From Candidatus Delongbacteria bacterium (GTDB lineage Bacteria > JAGOEH01), in contig JAGOEH010000002.1 in assembly GCA_017997825.1 (NCBI GenBank), positions 1-54,853 of the forward strand: 54,853 nucleotides of DNA, read 5' to 3'. Shown here one piece after another: positions 47,433-54,853 of the stretch. The notes under the pieces were generated by a model. That model made no database searches and had not been told where the DNA came from. It worked only from the letters and a program-made list of their open reading frames with translations. The translations under genes and the position numbers were made by a program. The number at the start of each line of letters is the position of its first letter. The stretch's first letter is position 1.

Positions 47433-49751
47433 TCAAAAATAGTGTGTATTCATGGCTTGATTGGGATACAATGGGAAATGGATACAGCACATCATCCTGC
47501 CATTTTCCTGCGGTTCGATTTTCAAATGACCATTGTGAATTCTAATAATCTCCCTGATCATAATCATCCCCTCCCAGGACAGATACTCCGTGCTATCGGG
47601 ATGCACCTGATTCATCAATTCAGGGTGAAAAGACAGCTCCAACTCCAACCAGTAGAGGCTTTTCTGCAATTGGATCAAAATAACGGAATTTTCGGCGCCA
47701 TGGTTGATAGCTGCGTATATCAATAATTCCAGCAAACGGTTCAGTAGCTCTTTATCTCCGGAAATAACCGGTAAAATCATATCCGCTTCCGGGTATTCTA
47801 TCCGGATATTCTTCCCTTCGGCTTCCTCCTTCACCACGCGCTCGACACTCTGCAGCAGATGATCAAACCGGATCTTATCCTTATAGGGTTTGAAAAACGT
47901 TTTCATCAGAAACAGACTGGAAATCTCACTATACACATACTGAATCTGGTTCAGGGATTTCTGGATCTGCTGATAAAGCGACGGCTGGGCGATTTCTTCC
48001 CGATCGAGGTGCAGGGTCTCAAAAAAACTCTGCAGCGCATTAAGTGGATTTTTGAACTGAGTCAAGGCCCGCTGAAACACTTTAATCTTAAGGGTCTCTT
48101 CATCTCGAAGGTAATAAAAATGAAGGATCCCCGGCAGCGTATTGGACACAAAATCATCCAGTAATTCCAGGATTTGCTTATCAATCGAGGGACTGCTCTG
48201 TTCTTCCGACCCGTGGATGGTGATTTCGGTGGCTTGACCATAGGGCGCGAACAGGGTTTTATGAAAAAGAATGGGATCGGTCGGCAGATGGGGTGTCATC
48301 TCGGTACTGGTGAGCGGGGTAATCGAACTGTTTTCCAATTTATAATCGGACTTGATGGTATCCAGGACAAATGATGAGTCAGGATGATAAGCAACAAAGA
48401 GATCCGGCCCAATCCTTATGCAAACCCTTGAGATATAAAGCAAGCGGGCAATCAAATCAACAAAGTTTTTCCAGAATTGATGCGGAGCCAGGGTTTGCTT
48501 CTTAATCAAGTGATTCAATGACGATCCGATGATCAGTTTGAAATTGCTGACATCCAGCATCTGATTCAGACGAGTCAGAATATAGTCCTGAGTGTACTCG
48601 GGCTGTAAGGCCTGACTTTGTTTGGCGATCTTTACCCCGAGAATTGAATTGATGATTTTATTCTGATTGAAAGGTTTGAGAATATACTTTTCAATACCGA
48701 GGGAACGGGCATAAAAAGCTTCCGATTTGGATATATTAATTCCACTGATGGCGATAATCGGAATAGTCCTCAGGTGGGGTTCACTTTTCAGAAAGCGGGC
48801 CACCTGAAATCCGTTCATGACCGGCATGGTAATATCCAGAATAATGACATCCGGCAATTCTTTAGCCAGAATTTGAAGGGCGGAAAAAAAATCCTGGGCG
48901 ATCTCCACCAGAAATCCCTGATTTTTCAAGGTAAACCGGATTCCCTGCAGAAGGGTGATCGAATCATCAATGACCAATACCCGGCGGGCATTGATCAACT
49001 GAATATGGTGAAGAATCTTATAGACATAGGCCTCCAGAAGCGGCAAATTATCACGATCATTCACAAAAAATTCATTGATTCCGTACTCGAATCCGATATT
49101 TTTCAGATCGCTCTCATCCTCTTCAATCAAAGCCAGAATCGGAAGCTTATTCAGGTTTTCATCATTTCGGAGCCGGTTGATAAAGCGGAGCTTGTTTTGA
49201 TAATCCTCGGTCAGATCGATCAGAATCAAATGAGGTTGGATGGCCTCGATAATACTCCCCAGACTCTCCTGAAACCATGACTCATAAAGCTGGTAATGCT
49301 GGTATTTTTTAAGCGCCGCCTGAATAATATGCTGACGGATCTGGGAGTTGTCAACAATCAAAATCTTCTTGGTTTCATCCTGGGCACGTGAATTCAGAAT
49401 ATTGGATATAATATTGATCCCATAGGGAGAAACCAGTTCATCCATCGACAGAGCCGTATCAGTATAAATCAGATTCTCGGAAATCTGTTCAATATCGATT
49501 TCCTTTTGATAAACCATTACAATCGGAAGGAACCATTTTCGCCGAATCGCAATAATCGTGTCTTTATGCTCTTTTTCCAGAAAAACGTCCATGATCAGGA
49601 CGGCATGATCATACTCTTTCTGCTGCAGGACCTCCATCAAAAGGTCCAGATCATAAAAAACCTCGCAGGGGAAATGCACCGTTCGGATGAAATTCTCAAG
49701 AGTTGTCACATAATCCGATATGTCGCGGATATAGAAAAAAACCTTCATCAT
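47433..49751 (-). CDS. Triple receiver-like domain protein with degenerate histidine-kinase-like C-terminus
   Basis: REC3 is canonical (VLVIDDS...VIILDITMPVMNG...AISG...YILKPF). REC2 keeps the acceptor Asp (LILIDL). REC1 is degenerate. The C-terminal DHp-like helix reads LTQFKNPLNAL in place of SHELRTPL. The ATPase-like region has no DxGxG or GxGLG boxes. The ATG at 49751 overlaps the upstream stop (ATGA), and AAGGAGG lies upstream. Confidence 0.75.
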   Translation of the reverse strand: MMKVFFYIRDISDYVTTLENFIRTVHFPCEVFYDLDLLMEVLQQKEYDHAVLIMDVFLEKEHKDTIIAIRRKWFLPIVMVYQKEIDIEQISENLIYTDTALSMDELVSPYGINIISNILNSRAQDETKKILIVDNSQIRQHIIQAALKKYQHYQLYESWFQESLGSIIEAIQPHLILIDLTEDYQNKLRFINRLRNDENLNKLPILALIEEDESDLKNIGFEYGINEFFVNDRDNLPLLEAYVYKILHHIQLINARRVLVIDDSITLLQGIRFTLKNQGFLVEIAQDFFSALQILAKELPDVIILDITMPVMNGFQVARFLKSEPHLRTIPIIAISGINISKSEAFYARSLGIEKYILKPFNQNKIINSILGVKIAKQSQALQPEYTQDYILTRLNQMLDVSNFKLIIGSSLNHLIKKQTLAPHQFWKNFVDLIARLLYISRVCIRIGPDLFVAYHPDSSFVLDTIKSDYKLENSSITPLTSTEMTPHLPTDPILFHKTLFAPYGQATEITIHGSEEQSSPSIDKQILELLDDFVSNTLPGILHFYYLRDEETLKIKVFQRALTQFKNPLNALQSFFETLHLDREEIAQPSLYQQIQKSLNQIQYVYSEISSLFLMKTFFKPYKDKIRFDHLLQSVERVVKEEAEGKNIRIEYPEADMILPVISGDKELLNRLLELLIYAAINHGAENSVILIQLQKSLYWLELELSFHPELMNQVHPDSTEYLSWEGMIMIREIIRIHNGHLKIEPQENGRMMCCIHFPLYPNQAMNTHYF

Positions 49752-51097
49752 AGTAATTGACACCTCCTTTGGACATCCTGCAATTGCTGACGAACCTGAC
49801 TGATGAGATGATCGTAGGAACAGGGCATCATGAGTTTGAAGTCGCGTTTACGGAACACTCCATCGATCAGCACCGATTCGACCTGCCGGGGATCAGCGCT
49901 ATAGACCAGATAAGACGCAATACGTTCTTCAGCAAATGGTTGCATTGAGAATCCGGCTTGAGGATTCAGAATAACAGCATCGGCTTTCAGTCCGACAGCG
50001 ATACGACCAATTTGGTGATCTCGGTGCAGGGATCTGGCCGGAATGGCCGTAACCATCCGCAGCAAATCATCAGCCCGGATAGCGTCAGGACCGAGTTTGA
50101 CCTTCTGGAGCAGGGCCGCGGATCGAATCTCGTTCCAGATACTCAATGTATTACTGCAGGCGGCTCCATCTGCTCCAAGGGTGACTGGAATTCCCATTTT
50201 CATCATCCGCACCACCTGAGCGATCCCCGATCCCAGCTTGAGGTTAGAGGAGGGACAATGCAGTACGGTGGTACCGCTCTGCCGGATAAGATCAAACTCT
50301 TTATCGTCCAGCCAGATACAATGAGCCAACAACAGGGATGAATTCAGTAATCCCAGATTGCCTAAATATTCGACATTCTCCATGCCGGTTTCCTGCCGGA
50401 TCAGTTCGATCTCCCCGGTGTTCTCAGAGGCATGGGTATGGATCATCAACTGATGATGATCAGCAAACTCCCCGATCGATTTGAGCATTGAACGGGAACA
50501 GGTTACGGCAAACCGCGGATTAAGAATATACTGAAGGCGACCGTTCTGATAATCATGCCATTGTTTCATCAATTCGAGGCTTTCATCCAAAGCGGTTTCG
50601 GTTTCGGAAACCAATCCCGCTGCTCTTGGATTACGGGCCATATCCATCATCATTTTCCCGGAATAGCCCCGGATTCCCATATCGGCCATAGCCTGAAATA
50701 CCGCATCGGTATGATGGTTAGTGGCCATGTCCACGATGGTGGTGGTTCCGGAATCAATGAGTTCGGCCAATCCCAAAATCGATGACCAGTAAAGAGATTG
50801 ATAGGAATGGCAGCTTTCCATCGGGAGAATGGTCTGGTTCAGCCACATCAGTAGAGGAACGTCATCGGCCAGGGATCGAAAAAGGGTCTGGCACAGATGG
50901 ACATGGGTCTGGATCAAGCCGGGTAATAGATAGCGATCCGATCCGTCCACCACATCGGCTTCAGGGGCAAGAATCCCCGGTTCGATCCGGCTGAATCGGT
51001 CTCCTTGGATCAGAATATCGGTCGGCTCCGACAACCGGATCGGATCCTCGTCCACCATCAGATACCGGATATTTCGAATCAGGATCGTTTGGTTCAT
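49748..51097 (-). CDS. ATZ/TRZ-family amidohydrolase (MtaD-like nucleoside/base deaminase candidate)
   Basis: Metal ligand motifs LPGLIQTHVHL, HTHASEN, LAHCIWL and TLGADGAACSN; 449 aa. The substrate cannot be assigned from sequence. The ATG overlaps the aminotransferase stop (ATGA, 51094-51097). Confidence 0.75.
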   Translation of the reverse strand: MNQTILIRNIRYLMVDEDPIRLSEPTDILIQGDRFSRIEPGILAPEADVVDGSDRYLLPGLIQTHVHLCQTLFRSLADDVPLLMWLNQTILPMESCHSYQSLYWSSILGLAELIDSGTTTIVDMATNHHTDAVFQAMADMGIRGYSGKMMMDMARNPRAAGLVSETETALDESLELMKQWHDYQNGRLQYILNPRFAVTCSRSMLKSIGEFADHHQLMIHTHASENTGEIELIRQETGMENVEYLGNLGLLNSSLLLAHCIWLDDKEFDLIRQSGTTVLHCPSSNLKLGSGIAQVVRMMKMGIPVTLGADGAACSNTLSIWNEIRSAALLQKVKLGPDAIRADDLLRMVTAIPARSLHRDHQIGRIAVGLKADAVILNPQAGFSMQPFAEERIASYLVYSADPRQVESVLIDGVFRKRDFKLMMPCSYDHLISQVRQQLQDVQRRCQLL

Positions 51098-52296
51098 GAT
51101 CCGCCTTCCCCGGATTGGGTGAGTTGAGCCCGGAGTGTGTGCCGGTTTTCATAAATCGCGTGCCAGAGACGGCAGACATTTTCTGCCAAACTGGTTTCCA
51201 TTTGATTATACAGCGGCAGCGCCAAACCGGTCTCAGCCGCTTCTTCACTAACCTCCAAATAGCTGTCGGCATAAGCCTGGAATGGTGGCATCCGGTGAAG
51301 TGCCGGGTAGAAGTAGCGCTTGGTCTGAATATTCTCCCTTCGGAACAGTTCCGCCACCTGATTCCGGCTCAATCCGAACCGGGACTCATCCACAAAAACC
51401 ACCATATAGTTATTCCCTGACTTCGAATTCGGGCTGATCTGCTGAAAACCCAGCCCGGGCACGTCTACCAGCCGGGATCGATAGTAATCAATCAGATCCT
51501 GACGATAATGGATATAAGACTGCAGCTTCCTGAAATTATACATACCGACAACAGCCTGGTATTCGGTCATCCGGGCGTTCAACCCGGTCAGCTCATAATC
51601 ATACTCACCCGTCTTGCCGATATTTCTCAAGGCTTCCAAACGACGGGCCAGTTCCGGATCGGACAGCGTTATGATACACCCCTCAACCGAGGTGGCCACT
51701 TTAGTGGGTGCCAGACTGAATACCTCCATGGTGCCGAAACGCCCGGCCGCTTCATCACGGTAACGGCTGCCCAATCCCTGGGCCGTATCGTAAATCACCG
51801 GCAGATGATAGCGCCGGCCGATCCGATCGAATTCCTCGATCATCGGAACATTGGAAAATATATAGACCGGCATGATCGCGACCGTATTCGAGGTAATCTT
51901 CTCCTCAACCTTCCAGGGATCAAGATTCTTGGTCGCCGGGTCAATATCGGCAAAAACCGGTGTCAATCCGTTCCAGATCACACTCAATCCGGTTGAGGCA
52001 AAGGTAAATGACGGCAGAATCACTTCACCCCGGGGGTGATCCGCCAACGCCCGTAAGGCCAGCATCAGTCCGATGGTGGCATTACTGACGGTCAGAGCAA
52101 ACGGGACCTGGAGCTCCTGTCGAATGATCTCCTCAAATTCACGATTGTAATGCCCATTAGTAATAAAGGTGGATTGATGAATCCGCTCCAACTGAGACTG
52201 AATCTCTTTAATGGGAGGCATCGAAGGACGGATTAGTTCCTGGAGGACGGGGTATTGAGGCTCACCGCCCAGCGCCGCTAATTTCTGATATGACAT
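51094..52296 (-). CDS. DegT/DnrJ/EryC1/StrS-family PLP-dependent aminotransferase
   Basis: N-terminal GGEPQYP..., NATIGLMLALRAL, and the PLP-lysine context FSLAPTKVATSVEG; 400 aa. Confidence 0.8.
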   Translation of the reverse strand: MSYQKLAALGGEPQYPVLQELIRPSMPPIKEIQSQLERIHQSTFITNGHYNREFEEIIRQELQVPFALTVSNATIGLMLALRALADHPRGEVILPSFTFASTGLSVIWNGLTPVFADIDPATKNLDPWKVEEKITSNTVAIMPVYIFSNVPMIEEFDRIGRRYHLPVIYDTAQGLGSRYRDEAAGRFGTMEVFSLAPTKVATSVEGCIITLSDPELARRLEALRNIGKTGEYDYELTGLNARMTEYQAVVGMYNFRKLQSYIHYRQDLIDYYRSRLVDVPGLGFQQISPNSKSGNNYMVVFVDESRFGLSRNQVAELFRRENIQTKRYFYPALHRMPPFQAYADSYLEVSEEAAETGLALPLYNQMETSLAENVCRLWHAIYENRHTLRAQLTQSGEGGS

Positions 52297-52312
52297 GAAT
52301 GGTTATCCGCAG

Positions 52313-53110
52313 TTAAGGTTGAAGTGCTGTTTTCTGCAAATCCAGATAAAATATCTGCCCGATGGTAAACGGTTCCTGCAGATGAGGCCAAAAATCCTCA
52401 CCCAGGTCCTGATAGACCTGCCATGTAATACGATTCAGTTCGGAATCGTGTTTCGGCTCATCAGGATAGATCAGGGCCGGCTGGATAACACGGCTCCCTA
52501 TATAGTAGTACCAGAATGAACCTTGATGTAAAATCGAATAGAATGGTTTTAAAAAGGGAATCAGATCAGACTCGTCAAAAAACTGATTATGCCACGGCAT
52601 GGGAATCGGCGGTAATCCGACTCGGTGCCGGATCCGGTTCAGCCGTTCCAGTCCCTGTTTCGATCCCTCCACCAAAACAAACCGGCCGGCAGGATTTAAA
52701 CGATGGGTTAATTGCCGGATGCACTCCTCCTGTTCCGATTTTTGGGGAAGATTGATCAGGCATCGCTCGGAGATGATCAAATCGAAACGGATGGAAGGTT
52801 TGAAGGGCAAATGGCGCACATCGGCCTGAACCAGACTGATGGAATCCTGGTCAGCCGTCTGCTGGCGGGCTTTTTGGAGCATGGTGAAGGAATAATCAAG
52901 GGCCACCAGATGGCGGCACCGGGAAGAGTATTCATGCGTCCCTTCCCCATCACCGCAACCGATTTCAAGGGCTCTCTCATACCGGGAATTCTCCGATGCG
53001 ATAAGACTCACAATCTTTTGGACTTCAATGCGTTTAAGATAGGTATCCTTCAGCGACAGTGTACTCTGGTTTTCCCAATACTGCTTGATCTGATCAAAAC
53101 CCGCTTCCAT
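52313..53110 (-). CDS. Class I SAM-dependent methyltransferase
   Basis: Motif I ALEIGCGDGEG, followed by acidic post-I VALDYS and motif II/III-like DLIISERCLINL. AAGGAG lies 8 nt upstream of the ATG. Confidence 0.75.
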   Translation of the reverse strand: MEAGFDQIKQYWENQSTLSLKDTYLKRIEVQKIVSLIASENSRYERALEIGCGDGEGTHEYSSRCRHLVALDYSFTMLQKARQQTADQDSISLVQADVRHLPFKPSIRFDLIISERCLINLPQKSEQEECIRQLTHRLNPAGRFVLVEGSKQGLERLNRIRHRVGLPPIPMPWHNQFFDESDLIPFLKPFYSILHQGSFWYYYIGSRVIQPALIYPDEPKHDSELNRITWQVYQDLGEDFWPHLQEPFTIGQIFYLDLQKTALQP

Positions 53111-53141
53111 GTCATCGGCTCCTTGTGAGTATTCCTTGGTG

Positions 53142-53170
53142 AATATAAGCAGTAAGCCTTAAAATGTCAA
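53142..53170 (-). promoter_or_regulatory. Candidate sigma-70-type promoter heading the methyltransferase-to-gamma-CA gene string
   Basis: Minus strand: TTGACA (53170-53165), 17 nt, TATATT (53147-53142), ~30 nt upstream of the ATG at 53110. Confidence 0.5.
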
Positions 53171-53178
53171 CACAGATT

Positions 53179-54489
53179 TCATGATCCAATTCGGCATTTT
53201 TCACAATGACCCTGGCGGCAAAACTGATGATAAATATAGATCAATCCTTGCTGTTGAATGGCATGCCGAATCCGGATACCGGGATGATGAAGCCGATTCC
53301 ACCGTTCCAGGACCAGGGATTGGGGGAAATTATCGCTCAGTAAGGGGTAATCCTCAATTTCTTTAACTACCTGATCACGATGCCGATTCATTCCTTCCTG
53401 GCTGAAAAATATCCACAACAACGGCATGATCACATTGAAAACCAGGATATCGATCCTGGGACGGCCGATCAATCCGTCAGGCAAACGATAATAACAGCCT
53501 GACAACATATGGCGCTGAGTGGGACTCAGCTCCGGCCTGAGAGCCCGGCACAATCGGGATCTCAATCCTCCCTCCGGTTGGTAAAATCGGGATAGAATAA
53601 ACTCAGTCAACCCTTCCGGCAATACCTGGGACAACCAGAAAGATATATAGACCATCCGGCTAACCGGATGAGAGAAAGGACGTGTTCGGGCCAGTTTCCA
53701 ATGCAAATCCAGGACCGGAAGCTGCATTTTCAATCCGGCCCTGGCCAGACTATCCCGCAAATAATTCATATACGCCGGAGCCTGCCGATTGATCTGATCC
53801 TCCCAGCCGGAAACCCGAAATAGAACCGCTTGTAAAACAAAAGGACGAATCTCGTGCGGCGCAGCCGTTATTACCCGGCAAATCAAATCCAGATTCAGAT
53901 AGGATGATAAACGCAAAAAAGCATCCTGATTCCGGGTATACCCCAGTCCCTCCATCATCCCCTGATAAATCAGTTCATCGAATACCTTATCGTTACCGTA
54001 TCGGATCCGGAAGCGGCTGAACTTGGCTTCCAGCCTTTTCCAGCCAAGACGGATCAGCGTTTCTTCCGGTGCATGATCGGACTGATTGAGTGGACAGATC
54101 ACTCCGGACAGGAAACCAGTCTCGGGTGGAATTGAATCAGGTTCAGGCCACCATAAAATCTCGATTGGTTCATTGCTTAATGAATGCTCCAGCCTGGCCG
54201 GCCCGACCGGCTGCTCCATCACCACCACCAGCCGGACATTCTGGTAGGCCGAATTCAGATGGTGGCGATGATGATACCAGTTCTCCGCCCGCAACTCAAT
54301 CTCAATATCGGTCACAATCAGATGGTGATTGATCCATAACCGGGCATAGCGGAAATCGGGCCCCTCTCCATGACTGTATGTACCCGGATAAATGATTTCC
54401 AGTGGAAACCCCGAGCAGGTCACCCATCCGTCCGAATGAAACGACGCCTGATCCCAAACCCGGTGGAACTCCAGTTCACTCATACTCAT
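53179..54489 (-). CDS. DUF2851 family protein
   Basis: The N-terminus FHRVWDQASFHSDGWVTCSGFPLEIIYPGTYSHGEGPDFRYARLWINHHLIVTDIEIELRAENWYHHRHHLNSAYQNVRLVVV parallels the DUF2851 N-terminal signature as I recall it (YIWQ...GPDF...G.VEIH...W..H.H..D..Y.NVILHVV). I prefer the start at ATG 54489 or 54483 (MSMSELEF). Confidence 0.7.
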   Translation of the reverse strand: MSMSELEFHRVWDQASFHSDGWVTCSGFPLEIIYPGTYSHGEGPDFRYARLWINHHLIVTDIEIELRAENWYHHRHHLNSAYQNVRLVVVMEQPVGPARLEHSLSNEPIEILWWPEPDSIPPETGFLSGVICPLNQSDHAPEETLIRLGWKRLEAKFSRFRIRYGNDKVFDELIYQGMMEGLGYTRNQDAFLRLSSYLNLDLICRVITAAPHEIRPFVLQAVLFRVSGWEDQINRQAPAYMNYLRDSLARAGLKMQLPVLDLHWKLARTRPFSHPVSRMVYISFWLSQVLPEGLTEFILSRFYQPEGGLRSRLCRALRPELSPTQRHMLSGCYYRLPDGLIGRPRIDILVFNVIMPLLWIFFSQEGMNRHRDQVVKEIEDYPLLSDNFPQSLVLERWNRLHHPGIRIRHAIQQQGLIYIYHQFCRQGHCEKCRIGS

Positions 54490-54495
54490 GTTTAT

Positions 54496-54524
54496 AGTAT
54501 AGATAGTATTTAAAAAAAAATCAA
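54496..54524 (-). promoter_or_regulatory. Candidate promoter for the DUF2851 gene (predicts a leaderless mRNA)
   Basis: Minus strand: TTGATT (54524-54519), 17 nt, TATACT (54501-54496). The ATG at 54489 begins 7 nt after the -10. Confidence 0.35.
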
Positions 54525-54853
54525 CTTTAGTGATCTTTTTTAATTTTTGTCTGTAAACCACTGCTATTATATTACCAAACCTAATTTTTCCATGAAATCC
54601 TAATGGTTAAAACCGCTTATCTTATGATCTATTTATCAGATTGGTATTCTATCAGTCAGCTTTCAGTCATGCAAGTTATTAAAATTCATTTGCCTGAAGT
54701 GCTGTTTTATTTTGTCATAGTTGACACAATGCTGTCCAAAATAGTTTTTAGTCGAGAAAGAGCATGTTGAATTTCCAAGGGTTACGTGGTTAAAAATTGA
54801 AAAACGGAAACCAGGTTGGCAATTATGCTGTCCAAGAAAAATCACAACAGAGA

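Noticed and set aside
54663-54845. 60-aa minus-strand ORF near the right edge
   Set aside because: It has a GTG start, no SD and no motif. It lies in AT-rich intergenic-looking DNA upstream of the DUF2851 promoter. The support is insufficient.
1-54853. Search for tRNA, rRNA, tmRNA, RNase P, SRP RNA, CRISPR arrays and reverse-transcriptase/DGR or retron signatures
   Set aside because: No cloverleaf-like or conserved-core sequences, spaced direct repeats or RT motifs were seen by eye in any intergenic region. Dedicated tools (tRNAscan-SE, Infernal/Rfam, a CRISPR finder) should confirm this.

Overview
This is a 54.9-kb chromosomal segment with 34 supportable CDS. All are on the minus strand except apbE and valS. 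I found no rRNA, tRNA, CRISPR array or classical IS element. The lineage looks like a Gram-negative bacterium with a type IX secretion system (T9SS): two cargo proteins carry NPNPF-type C-terminal sorting domains. It also uses sigma-54 (one NtrC-type enhancer-binding protein) and both Shine-Dalgarno and TTGACA/TATATT-type signals. I cannot name the taxon from this window.

Housekeeping blocks:
- a sugar ABC transporter and an MFS transporter
- apbE
- rlpA, an S41 protease and tmk
- pdxS, pdxT and inositol-phosphate synthase
- valS
- a long tightly packed operon ending in coaBC, marR, a phosphohexomutase gene and a gamma-carbonic-anhydrase-like gene

The window is unusually rich in signalling genes. 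Three periplasmic-TPR sensors carry three different outputs. There is also a five-PAS hybrid kinase, a triple-REC protein with a degenerate kinase core, and an orphan sigma-54 response regulator.

Best candidates for undescribed biology:
1. A TPR sensor whose only cytoplasmic output is a ~50-aa four-cysteine tail.
2. A translationally coupled operon of sigma-54 activator, SPOR-like lipoprotein, NAT-fold protein and DUF4416.
3. A low-GC island (30.4-38.3 kb). It holds an Rpn/DUF4351-type PD-(D/E)XK nuclease with a perfect (GKLE)x8 linker and an internal SD+ATG, suggesting an intragenic antitoxin. It also holds two paralogous beta-propeller lipoproteins.
4. A 2,697-aa T9SS cargo protein with an embedded lipase triad and a ~650-aa unassignable core.

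All family assignments come from motif recognition by eye, not from searches.
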